Assembly: GCF_001306055.1 (NCBI RefSeq)
Contig: NZ_LGHJ01000008.1
Location: forward strand, 60,001-92,000
Direction of reading: 5' to 3'
Origin: Bellilinea caldifistulae
Lineage (GTDB): Bacteria > Chloroflexota > Anaerolineae > Anaerolineales > Anaerolineaceae
Length of the DNA: 32,000 bases
Shown here: positions 17,539 through 25,030 of the stretch, piece after piece
Layout: each line of letters begins with the position of its first letter
How positions within the stretch are numbered: the first letter of the stretch is position 1
Notes under the pieces: generated by a model
What the model was told of the DNA's origin: nothing
The model's database searches: none
Seen by the model: the letters and a program-made list of their open reading frames with translations, nothing else
Position numbers and translations under genes: made by a program

Positions 17539-17931
17539 ATGATCAACGAAGTCGTTCTCGAAGGGATTGTCGTCAAGACCTGGAAGTATGCCGAAGACCT
17601 GCTCTTCCGCATTGCCTGCTACCGCGATCCGGATCTGCCTTCCAAGTCGCTGAACGATGTACCGGATGCGGCTGATTTCGTCACCATCCGCGTACTCAAG
17701 GGCAACCTGGGCGCGCCAGTGGTAGTCGAGAAAGGTTACCACGTGCGGGTGCACGGTTTCTTGCAGAGCCGGGATTACGAAGAGAGCCTGGCGGACTTCC
17801 TGAAGGATGCCCGTGGGGCGGAGCTGCCGGTTCCGGAAAACCTGGATCCGAATGAGTTGCGCGCTCCGCGCGGTACGACCGAAGTCATTGCCCGGCGCAT
17901 CATGAGCCAGCGCAACGGATCGAAAAGGTGA
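17539..17931 (+). CDS. OB-fold ssDNA-binding-like protein without acidic tail
   Basis: AGGAGG lies upstream. NEVVLEGIVVK...FRIACYR...DFVTIRV...GYHVRVHGFLQSRDYEE resembles the SSB/PriB beta-barrel pattern. The assignment is by pattern only. Confidence 0.5.
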   Translation: MINEVVLEGIVVKTWKYAEDLLFRIACYRDPDLPSKSLNDVPDAADFVTIRVLKGNLGAPVVVEKGYHVRVHGFLQSRDYEESLADFLKDARGAELPVPENLDPNELRAPRGTTEVIARRIMSQRNGSKR

Positions 17932-18508
17932 CTCGTTTGACTGAATAGCCGTTTTCTACTGACGGCGATTCGCAATCATTCGCTTTATCCATCAGGGGGA
18001 TATCGCAGAACAACCGAATAGTTCAGTTGATTATACGTAGGCCGGTGTGCTTCCCCCAGGAGGGTTGTACACCGGCCTTGCTGCTTTAAGAGCAGCCTGC
18101 ACCTTGAAAAACAGCCTCTTTGTGTAAACGTTCTGCCCTGGCAGGCGGTGGCCGCTGCCCCTTACTCCGGGGGCGGGTGTCATTCCCAGAACATGGGAGT
18201 GCCGTGAGAAGCGCTGGAAGTCGTCCGCAAAGGCCAGGCTCATAAGATGCCAAATACTGAATGTATTGGCTGCCCGGTTGGCATACCACCGGCCGGGCAG
18301 CCTCTAATGGAACAGAGCAGCAAACTTTGTCCGCTGAGCCTCCGCTTGGCAGTCAAGGTTTGCTGCCCTGACGTGCCCTGAAGTTATGGAAGGGAAACAA
18401 GGGACAGTAAAGCGTTAGTTGGTGCGCCATCATATCTGGCGCAGTAACGTCGGAAACCAATCCCCAAACGTTTTTCTTCTGACACGAAAGGAGCGTAATG
18501 CATAAACG

Positions 18509-19654
18509 ATGACTACCGCACCCCCCATCCTGGAAAACCAATTCCAACATGAGCGCATGGCCCGGGCACAGGCTGCTCTACAGAATGGCGACATGCAGGT
18601 GATGGTCTTGACCGACTTCGCCTGGATAGTTGCCAGCAAGCGCAGCCATTACACCGTCTCGCTAGATGGCGACGCCTGGACCTGCACCTGCCCGGATTTC
18701 ACCGGACGCTGTCAGCGTTTTGGCTTGCGCTGCAAGCACATCGAAGCGGTCCGTCTCATTGAGACTGAGAAGATCGCCGAATCCGGGCAGGTAAGCCAGT
18801 ACACGTATCCACAGTTCTCAACCACTCACACGGAGGAACAAATGACCCAATCTGTACCAACACACGATCCACCTACGCTCGACTCATCTAGCGAGCAGAT
18901 CCTTTGGCGGCTGCGACAACCGCTGGATATGAACCGCGTCAAGCGCCGCCAGGCTCCCGGGCAAGGAACAGTCCCTTACCTGGAAGGTTACGATGTGATC
19001 GAAACCGCCAACGACCTGTTTCTGTTCCACTGGTCGTTCGACCTGCTCAGCGAGCCGCACATCATGCGCTGGGACAAGGTGATCACCTTCTACGATCAGC
19101 GTTCCAGGAAGAAGGTGCCGGTTCTGGGCGAAGATGGCAAACCAACCACGGAGATCGCCGGCATCGCTTACATCACCGGCCGGATCACGGTCGAACTGGA
19201 CGGCAAAGCCTACAATCATGCCGATGCCGGGCGCTGCATCTTCACTGGCGATACGCCCGAAGCCCTGGATATGGCCATCGCCGGCGCGGTCACTGACTGC
19301 CTGAAACGCTGCTTCCGCCAGCTGGGCGAGCAGTTTGGCAATAGCCTGTATGACAAGGAGATCGCAAGGACTGCCGGGCTGGAGAACGGTTCTTCGAATG
19401 GTCACGGATCGAACGGCAACGGGCAATCCGAAAAATCGACCAGTCAATCGGCATCGCCTAACTCGCCAGTGGCATCCAATTCGCCCGCATCCCAGGCGGA
19501 GGCGCTGCAATACCGGGATGGCGTAGCGGTGGACACAAGCAACGCTGCGGAATTGGAGGCTTTCAATGCCTTCAAGTCCGCCCATCAGGAGCTGGCTCCC
19601 GCCTCGCGCGAAGTGTTGCGCGCCTGGGTCGCCAGCCGCAACGGTAAGAAGTAA
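18509..19654 (+). CDS. SWIM zinc finger fused to Rad52/22-family single-strand annealing protein
   Basis: The SWIM motif CxCx(n)CxH is WTCTCPDFTGRCQRFGLRCKHIEAV. The Rad52-like core is VKRRQAPGQGTVPYLEGYDVIETANDLFLFHWSFDL...CLKRCFRQLGEQFGNSLYD, followed by a Ser/Asn-rich tail. Confidence 0.8.
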   Translation: MTTAPPILENQFQHERMARAQAALQNGDMQVMVLTDFAWIVASKRSHYTVSLDGDAWTCTCPDFTGRCQRFGLRCKHIEAVRLIETEKIAESGQVSQYTYPQFSTTHTEEQMTQSVPTHDPPTLDSSSEQILWRLRQPLDMNRVKRRQAPGQGTVPYLEGYDVIETANDLFLFHWSFDLLSEPHIMRWDKVITFYDQRSRKKVPVLGEDGKPTTEIAGIAYITGRITVELDGKAYNHADAGRCIFTGDTPEALDMAIAGAVTDCLKRCFRQLGEQFGNSLYDKEIARTAGLENGSSNGHGSNGNGQSEKSTSQSASPNSPVASNSPASQAEALQYRDGVAVDTSNAAELEAFNAFKSAHQELAPASREVLRAWVASRNGKK

Positions 19655-19684
19655 TCCCATATTTGAGAGACGGAGGAAAATCCC

Positions 19685-20104
19685 ATGTCATTCCAAACGA
19701 TCATCATCACCGGTCATCTCGGCCGCGACCCGGAGATGCGCTACACCCCTGCCGGGCAGGCTGTGACTAACTTCAACCTGGCTGCCAATAGGCAGTACAC
19801 TGACTCGAGCGGCCAGGTGGTGAAGGAAACCACCTGGTTCCGGGTTTCTGCCTGGGGCAAGACTGCGGAAAACTGTAACCAGTACCTGCACAAAGGCAGC
19901 CTGGTGCTGGTGGAAGGCCGGCTGGTGTGCGACCCGGAGACGGGCGGACCACGGCTCTATACCCGCCAGGATGGCTCGCCCGCCTCATCCTTCGAAGTGA
20001 GCGCCAGTACGGTGCGCTTCCTGTCGGGGCGTGAAGGGGAAAGCGAACCCGAACCTGCCGGGAATGGCTCGGCTGCACCCCAGCACGATGCCATTCCGTT
20101 CTGA
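19685..20104 (+). CDS. ssb: single-stranded DNA-binding protein
   Basis: The OB fold is IIITGHLGRDPEMRYTPAGQAVTNFNLAANR...WFRVSAWGKTAENCNQYLHKGSLVLVEGRL, followed by a Gly/Glu-rich linker and a terminal DAIPF tip. Confidence 0.95.
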   Translation: MSFQTIIITGHLGRDPEMRYTPAGQAVTNFNLAANRQYTDSSGQVVKETTWFRVSAWGKTAENCNQYLHKGSLVLVEGRLVCDPETGGPRLYTRQDGSPASSFEVSASTVRFLSGREGESEPEPAGNGSAAPQHDAIPF

Positions 20105-20168
20105 TCCACACGAGATTGCCCTGGGTACGCCTGGGGCAATCTTCTGAATTCCCCACACGGAGGCAAAC

Positions 20169-20516
20169 ATGATCAAGAAGATTTACCGCGGCGAACCGGG
20201 CGGGTTAGTGAAAGTGATCCTGCCATCCGGCAAGTCGCGGCCCTTGCGACACGTGGTGCTGCATAGCCCAACCGGTTTCGGTTGGGGTTATGGCGGCTCT
20301 GGACCGGCAGACCTGGCACTGAGCATCTTGTGCGACGTACTGGGCGAGCGACCGTCTGAGAAGCAGGTCTACCACGGACGGTTCAAAGCCTACCCACACC
20401 ACCAGGATTTTAAGCGTGAGTTTGTCGCCCGATGGGAGTATGGCAGCGGGTTCGAGATCGCCCCGGATACCATCGCCGGTTGGCTGCGCAAGCGAGGCGT
20501 GGAGGTGCAGCCATGA
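20169..20516 (+). CDS. conserved hypothetical (HSPTGFGWGYGGSGPADLA motif)
   Basis: ACGGAGG precedes the ATG. I recall this motif from a phage/plasmid-borne family of unknown function, but I do not assert a family name. Confidence 0.6.
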   Translation: MIKKIYRGEPGGLVKVILPSGKSRPLRHVVLHSPTGFGWGYGGSGPADLALSILCDVLGERPSEKQVYHGRFKAYPHHQDFKREFVARWEYGSGFEIAPDTIAGWLRKRGVEVQP

Positions 20517-20806
20517 CCGATGAGTACATCCTTGTACTGAGCGAAGCGAACGTATCTGATGACGGTCCCGGCTCCGACCTGTTCGATCCCTACGAGACCG
20601 GCTGGTGGAAATCTGTCTCCAGCGATGAATCTGCACCTGCAGATCAGCCATGCCCGAATTGCAATGGCGAAGGTTACGTTGTCGTCCGGGTCTATCCCTG
20701 GGACGGCTGTTCGTATGATGAAGAGCCATGCAAGTTCTGTAATCCGAGGAAGGATTACACAGAGCTGGATGACGAGTTCCTAGAGGATGTGGATATCCCC
20801 TTCTAA
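20513..20806 (+). CDS. acidic small zinc-ribbon protein with SSB-like C-terminal tip
   Basis: The start has an ATGA overlap with the upstream stop (the listed start 20432 is too long). It has CPNCNGEG (CxxCxGxG) plus CKFC, and ends ...DDEFLEDVDIPF. Confidence 0.6.
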   Translation: MTDEYILVLSEANVSDDGPGSDLFDPYETGWWKSVSSDESAPADQPCPNCNGEGYVVVRVYPWDGCSYDEEPCKFCNPRKDYTELDDEFLEDVDIPF

Positions 20807-20858
20807 TCGCTTCTCACCGTTGGCATTTCAATTCCCACACGTCCTGGAGGTACACAGC

Positions 20859-21284
20859 ATGCAAGATATCCTGAACCAAAAGGCGGGGATCGATCTGGCA
20901 GACAGGCCCACCCGCATCCGTGTGATCGGGCACACCTACCTGGTCGATTTCGGTCCTTCGACCCAACCCCGTTTTCACACCGTCAACAAGCAGCGCAGCT
21001 GCTCATGTCAGTTGAAGGAAAACTGCCCGGCCATCGAGGCTGTGGCGGAGTACCTGCGCAACGGCGGGCAGCGCGCTCCCGACCCGATGCCGCCCTGCCC
21101 GATTTGCGGCGCGGAGATTGTCCGTGACCGCAAGTGGGATGGCAAGTACACCAAGGAGCTCGGCTGGCGCTGTACGGTAGGAGGTCTTCGACACTTCCTG
21201 GACGCCAAAGCCGAACGCATAAAAGAGGCGCTTCGCCGCAATCAAACAGCGGTCAGCGAACACGAAAGTGCAGCTGGCCGCTGA
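20859..21284 (+). CDS. hypothetical zinc-finger protein (degenerate SWIM-like plus zinc ribbon)
   Basis: GGAGG precedes ATG 20859 (MQDILNQ). CSCQLKENCPAIEAV parallels the SWIM of 18509..19654 but lacks the His. CPICG...WRC forms the ribbon. Confidence 0.6.
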   Translation: MQDILNQKAGIDLADRPTRIRVIGHTYLVDFGPSTQPRFHTVNKQRSCSCQLKENCPAIEAVAEYLRNGGQRAPDPMPPCPICGAEIVRDRKWDGKYTKELGWRCTVGGLRHFLDAKAERIKEALRRNQTAVSEHESAAGR

Positions 21285-21301
21285 TTTTTTAATTGGAGGA
21301 A

Positions 21302-21766
21302 ATGATGCAAGTACACACGTTAACCCACATGGAATTAGAACCCACGCCAGTGCAGATCGGCGAGCCGTTCCGCTGCTGGGAATGTGGTTCGCCTGACCAG
21401 GGCGGTATGTTCCTGATCATCGACCACTCCCCGCTGGAAGCCTACACCGATCATGTCTACTACATGCGCCTGGCCTGCGGACACAACCCGCGCTGTGTGC
21501 GCCTGGGCGATGCCATTGCCCCGCTGCGCCCGCTGGACCGCTCGATTGATGAGAACCTGGCGAGTGTGCGTGAAGGATTGGCGCACCTGGCCAAAGCCGT
21601 ACCGCCCGATCAGCAGAACCAGGAGCCGGTCTCCAAGATCGTCTACCTGCTGGTCGCCGGGCGCATCTCGCCCCAGACAGCGATCAACCAGCTGCGCGGC
21701 CTGGTACGTACGAACGAGCCGTTCCTGCCTGCCCGGCTGCCTGTCATCGAACAAACCTGGCGGTAA
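21302..21766 (+). CDS. hypothetical protein (Cys/His-containing)
   Basis: GGAGGA at 21295-21300 precedes ATG 21302/21305. It contains CWECG...ACGHNPRC. A hairpin terminator follows. Confidence 0.55.
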   Translation: MMQVHTLTHMELEPTPVQIGEPFRCWECGSPDQGGMFLIIDHSPLEAYTDHVYYMRLACGHNPRCVRLGDAIAPLRPLDRSIDENLASVREGLAHLAKAVPPDQQNQEPVSKIVYLLVAGRISPQTAINQLRGLVRTNEPFLPARLPVIEQTWR

Positions 21767-21788
21767 TACCGCTACAACCAATTCACAC

Positions 21789-21828
21789 GCCGCCCGCTCT
21801 GGAACCCTCCAGGGCGGGCGATTTCTTT
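21789..21828 (+). terminator. rho-independent terminator
   Basis: CGCCCGCTCTGGA (21791-21803) pairs with TCCAGGGCGGGCG (21808-21820), with one G-T pair, around an ACCC loop. ATTTCTTT follows. Confidence 0.6.
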
Positions 21829-21842
21829 ACACGGAGGAAAAC

Positions 21843-23009
21843 ATGTGCCAGTTGCTTTTACTGCCGGATAAGCCCGGCAACACGAAATACACCCCTAAGC
21901 ACAAGCTGCTCCCATTGCGGGAGCGCCCGGTCGAACGTGTCAGCGCTCGTGCGGATGCCTGCACGATCATAGAGCTGTTGGCTGCCTTGCTGGGCGGGCC
22001 GCAGCCAATTGAAACTGCCGATGCCCTGCTGGCGCACTTCAACGGCCGGCTATCTGACCTTCGCCGCGCGCCGGCGCACGAGATTGCTGATATCCCCGGC
22101 ATTGGGCAGCAGAATGCCGCCCGTATCAAAGCGGCGGTAGAGCTGGGGCTGCGCCTGACTCTCAATACTGAGGAAGATCGCCCAACCATCCACAGCCCAG
22201 CCGATGCGGCTGCTATGTTGCAGCACGAGATGAGCGCCCTGGAACAGGAGCACCTGCGCGTGATCCTGCTGGACACGCGCAACCGGGTGATCGACATCGT
22301 GGAGATCTACCAAGGCAGCCTGAACTCCGCTCAGGTGCGGGTGGCCGAGCTGTTCAAGCCCGCCATCCAGCGCATGTCGGCGGCGATCATCCTGGTGCAT
22401 AACCACCCCTCGGGTGACCCGACGCCCAGCCCGGACGATGTAGCTGTAACCCGCGCAGTTGTTCAAGCGGGCAAGCTCTTGGATATCGACACGCTGGATC
22501 ACCTGGTCATTGGTCGTGGGCGTTTCGTTTCGCTCAAAGAGCGTGGCCTGGGTTTTGACGGTCGCGTTTCTGAGACAAGACCTGGTTATCACCTGCGATC
22601 AGCCAGATATTCCATCCATGAAGATGACGATATGATTTACGCTTACACTCGCTCCCAGGCGTTAGAAGATGGCGTTCTTGTCGATGTCTCTGAAATGGCA
22701 TCGGAAGCCGGCTTTCGCTATCCAACCGCCATCACCGCCGACTTGCATGCCCGCATCACACCGAACGAGCGGGAGAAAGCGTTTGGTCAGAGCTATGAAG
22801 GCCGGCTGTGGGATGTGATATTTCTAGCGTCCTTCGCCGCTCGCCGATCAGATACACAAGATCGATGCAGCTTCGAGGTCGGTCTTTTCGAAGCTGACGA
22901 GGCTTTTCCACATCGCACCCACCGCTACACGCTCTCGTTATGGATGGTCGTCGGTCCTGGCGATCAGGGCGAGCCGGTTATCACGATCGGTTTTCCCGAG
23001 GATTTTTAG
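21843..23009 (+). CDS. radC: RadC-like JAB/MPN protein fused to a C-terminal domain of unknown function
   Basis: ACGGAGG precedes ATG 21843, and the listed ORF start 21453 overlaps the previous gene. It has an HhH region (IADIPGIGQQNAARI) and the JAMM motif HNHPSGDPTPSPDD. The RadC part ends near 22556 (KERGLGF), and about 150 further residues follow (MIYAYTRSQALEDGVLVDVSE...). Confidence 0.85.
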   Translation: MCQLLLLPDKPGNTKYTPKHKLLPLRERPVERVSARADACTIIELLAALLGGPQPIETADALLAHFNGRLSDLRRAPAHEIADIPGIGQQNAARIKAAVELGLRLTLNTEEDRPTIHSPADAAAMLQHEMSALEQEHLRVILLDTRNRVIDIVEIYQGSLNSAQVRVAELFKPAIQRMSAAIILVHNHPSGDPTPSPDDVAVTRAVVQAGKLLDIDTLDHLVIGRGRFVSLKERGLGFDGRVSETRPGYHLRSARYSIHEDDDMIYAYTRSQALEDGVLVDVSEMASEAGFRYPTAITADLHARITPNEREKAFGQSYEGRLWDVIFLASFAARRSDTQDRCSFEVGLFEADEAFPHRTHRYTLSLWMVVGPGDQGEPVITIGFPEDF

Positions 23010-23019
23010 GGAGGCGGCC

Positions 23020-24129
23020 ATGACTGGAAAAACTAACCCAGCCCTGCCTGCCCCCTTCGAGAACACCTACTTCCGGGAACGCGCCATCAAAGCTGCCAAC
23101 CGGCAAAAGCAGGGACACATCCTGGTTTCTGGTTCCAAACCGGACAACGGTCAAGGCTTGCCCTTGCCGTACATCCACGATGTTCCCGGCCTGCGGCGCG
23201 GCAGCTATCCCTACGACTACGAATGCGAATGGGGACGCTTCAAGTACGAATATGAATTGAGCGCCTATCTCTTCACACCCCACAACAGCCAGGTTCCACC
23301 CGGCTGGGAGCATTACGACCTGCTAACACCCATCCAGTCGGTGACTGCCATGATCGACCGGGCGCGTCGCCTGGCGACCATCAAGACCCCGGACCACGAG
23401 ATCGTCCTGCGGGATGTACCGGTGGGCGATAGCCCTTACAACCTGCTTCAGCAGGTCAACGCTGCCCTGGCGCAAAGCTGTCAGCCCTTCGTGGCCTGGC
23501 GGCTGGAGTGGGTCAGCGGCGAGGTTGACCAGCTGTGGCTGGAAGGCGTCCCGCAGGTCCGTAATGAACACTGCTCGGCCTATGTCACCGGCTACGCCCA
23601 TGATGAAGCCGGCAACCTGGTCTACCTGGGCATGGTCGGGCACAAAACGGTGCTGGAGTCGATCCGGGCCACCGTCCAGGCCCGCCAGCGCAAGAGGCTG
23701 TTCCTGCAAGGCCGGCCGGTTTACCCACTGCCCACCCACTACTGCCAGACCTGGCAGCACTTGCCAGACTATGGTGTTTACCACGCGACTCTGATCGCCG
23801 ATCCCGCCCTGCCGGGCAAGTGGCAGCCGGGGGAGGAGGTAATTTATTTACTCGTTTTCGAGGGTGAACTGCCGGATGGATCGTTGCCGGAAACTCAGGC
23901 TCGACGCGTTCTCGCTTCTCGCCTGTCAGAAACATTACCAATCCCGATTCTGGACGAATGGCATGAATCTCTCTGGGAGGCGAGGCAGCGGGAGAACCTG
24001 ATCGTTGGGCTGGAAACCGGCGGCGATTGTCAGGAAGGATACCTGGTGCAGTTGACCGAGACGATATGGAAGGAGGTGATTACCAGATTATTGATGGAAC
24101 GAAAGATTCGGATTTCCAGCGGTCAATGA
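23020..24129 (+). CDS. hypothetical protein (369 aa)
   Basis: GGGAGG lies upstream. It is co-directional and tightly spaced after radC. No motif recognised. Confidence 0.6.
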   Translation: MTGKTNPALPAPFENTYFRERAIKAANRQKQGHILVSGSKPDNGQGLPLPYIHDVPGLRRGSYPYDYECEWGRFKYEYELSAYLFTPHNSQVPPGWEHYDLLTPIQSVTAMIDRARRLATIKTPDHEIVLRDVPVGDSPYNLLQQVNAALAQSCQPFVAWRLEWVSGEVDQLWLEGVPQVRNEHCSAYVTGYAHDEAGNLVYLGMVGHKTVLESIRATVQARQRKRLFLQGRPVYPLPTHYCQTWQHLPDYGVYHATLIADPALPGKWQPGEEVIYLLVFEGELPDGSLPETQARRVLASRLSETLPIPILDEWHESLWEARQRENLIVGLETGGDCQEGYLVQLTETIWKEVITRLLMERKIRISSGQ

Positions 24130-24134
24130 TAAAA

Positions 24135-24177
24135 GCCATAACAGGAAGGGATCAACTGGTTCCCCTCCTGTTATGGC
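24135..24177 (-). terminator. strong hairpin, U tract on the - strand (end of ABC operon; may also stop + strand transcription)
   Basis: GCCATAACAGGA(A)GGG pairs with CCCTCCTGTTATGGC (about 15 bp). On the - strand it is followed by TTTTAT. Confidence 0.55.
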
Positions 24178-24301
24178 CTACTCGATTAGCTCAGATTTGG
24201 GACTTTAGTAAAAGGTCTCATCGCTCTTATGATCATTTGATCATTTTCCGGAAACAATTCGCGGTTAGGAAAGTAATGCAGACATTTCCCAAGGGGCAAG
24301 T

Positions 24302-25030
24302 TTAGAAACGAGCTGGCGAAATATGGATAGAGCTCAAGCGTCCATTCCCCATCACAAATTCTGCATCACAAAGTTCATCGATCTCCTCTCGGCTATGGCT
24401 GGTCAACAGGATTGTAACCCCATCAGCTCTCAGTTCTTTCAACAGTCGATGCACATCCTTTATCCCTTCCCGGTCCAAACCGTTTGTGGGTTCGTCAAGA
24501 AGTAAGAGCCTGGGGTTCTCCATGATTGCCTGGGCAATTCCAAGACGCTGGCGCATTCCGGTCGAATAAGTGCGCACCGGCTTGGGTTCGTACGGATCCA
24601 GTCCAACCAGACGTATCGTGTTTACAATATCTTCGCGGGAAATCCTGTTTCGTATCATTGCCAATAACTGCAAATTTCGGAAACCGCTGTAGTGTGGCAA
24701 AAAACCCGGTGTCTCGATCAGGACACCTGTTTCGCCAGGAAATTCCACGTCTTTCCCTATTTCCCTCCCAAATATCCAGACCCGCCCCCGAGTTGGATGT
24801 ACCAGCCCACAAATAACGCGTAATAACATGCTTTTCCCCGATCCATTTGGACCGCTAATGCCGTAAATCTTGCCAGGGGGGACGTTCAAGTTGATGCCAT
24901 CCAGGATGAGGCGATCTCCAATTTGTTTGGACACCCCTTCTATGGCAATGGCTAACTCTGCCTCCCGTGTGGGTTTCTCGATATTTTCAGACTCCATTTT
25001 TATCATTACTCCATCTTTCCTTCCTAACAT
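24302..25030 (-). CDS. ABC transporter ATP-binding protein
   Basis: Walker A is GPNGSGKS, the signature is YSTGMRQRL and Walker B is LLLLDEPTNGLD. The ATG overlaps the upstream TGA. Confidence 0.9.
   Translation of the reverse strand: MLGRKDGVMIKMESENIEKPTREAELAIAIEGVSKQIGDRLILDGINLNVPPGKIYGISGPNGSGKSMLLRVICGLVHPTRGRVWIFGREIGKDVEFPGETGVLIETPGFLPHYSGFRNLQLLAMIRNRISREDIVNTIRLVGLDPYEPKPVRTYSTGMRQRLGIAQAIMENPRLLLLDEPTNGLDREGIKDVHRLLKELRADGVTILLTSHSREEIDELCDAEFVMGNGRLSSIHISPARF

Noticed and set aside
18247-18381. 44-codon ORF with a CxxC motif (MPNTECIGCP...) inside the 577-nt gap
   Set aside because: It has no Shine-Dalgarno, it overlaps strong stem-loops, and nothing supports its frame. It is kept only as an alternative explanation of the gap.
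18884-19660. 258-aa antisense ORF opposite the SWIM-Rad52 gene. Similar long antisense ORFs lie at 2170..2642, 3526..3918, 4288..4869, 8386..8910, 12383..12922, 20205..20729, 21335..21781, 22050..22592, 23323..23784 and 31259..31753.
   Set aside because: Each lies opposite a gene with clear catalytic or structural motifs. They show Arg/Ala/Gly/Pro-heavy composition and lack ribosome sites, as expected for shadow ORFs at high GC.
21453-21842. N-terminal 130 codons of the listed 518-aa ORF
   Set aside because: It overlaps the previous gene and the terminator hairpin. The RadC homology and a good RBS begin at ATG 21843.
24186-24202. TTAGCTCAGATTTGGGA resembles a tRNA D-arm at the left edge of the AT-rich island (possible att remnant)
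   Set aside because: There is no matching D-stem closure, anticodon arm or T-loop (no GTTCGA-type sequence) downstream. Only about 15 nt of resemblance remains, which could be chance.
24288-24296. CCCAAGGGG occurs near both island edges (24288-24296 and 30576-30584), a possible target-site duplication
   Set aside because: A 9-mer shared between two ~200-nt windows is not clearly beyond chance. The right copy is part of a hairpin, and no recombinase is present.
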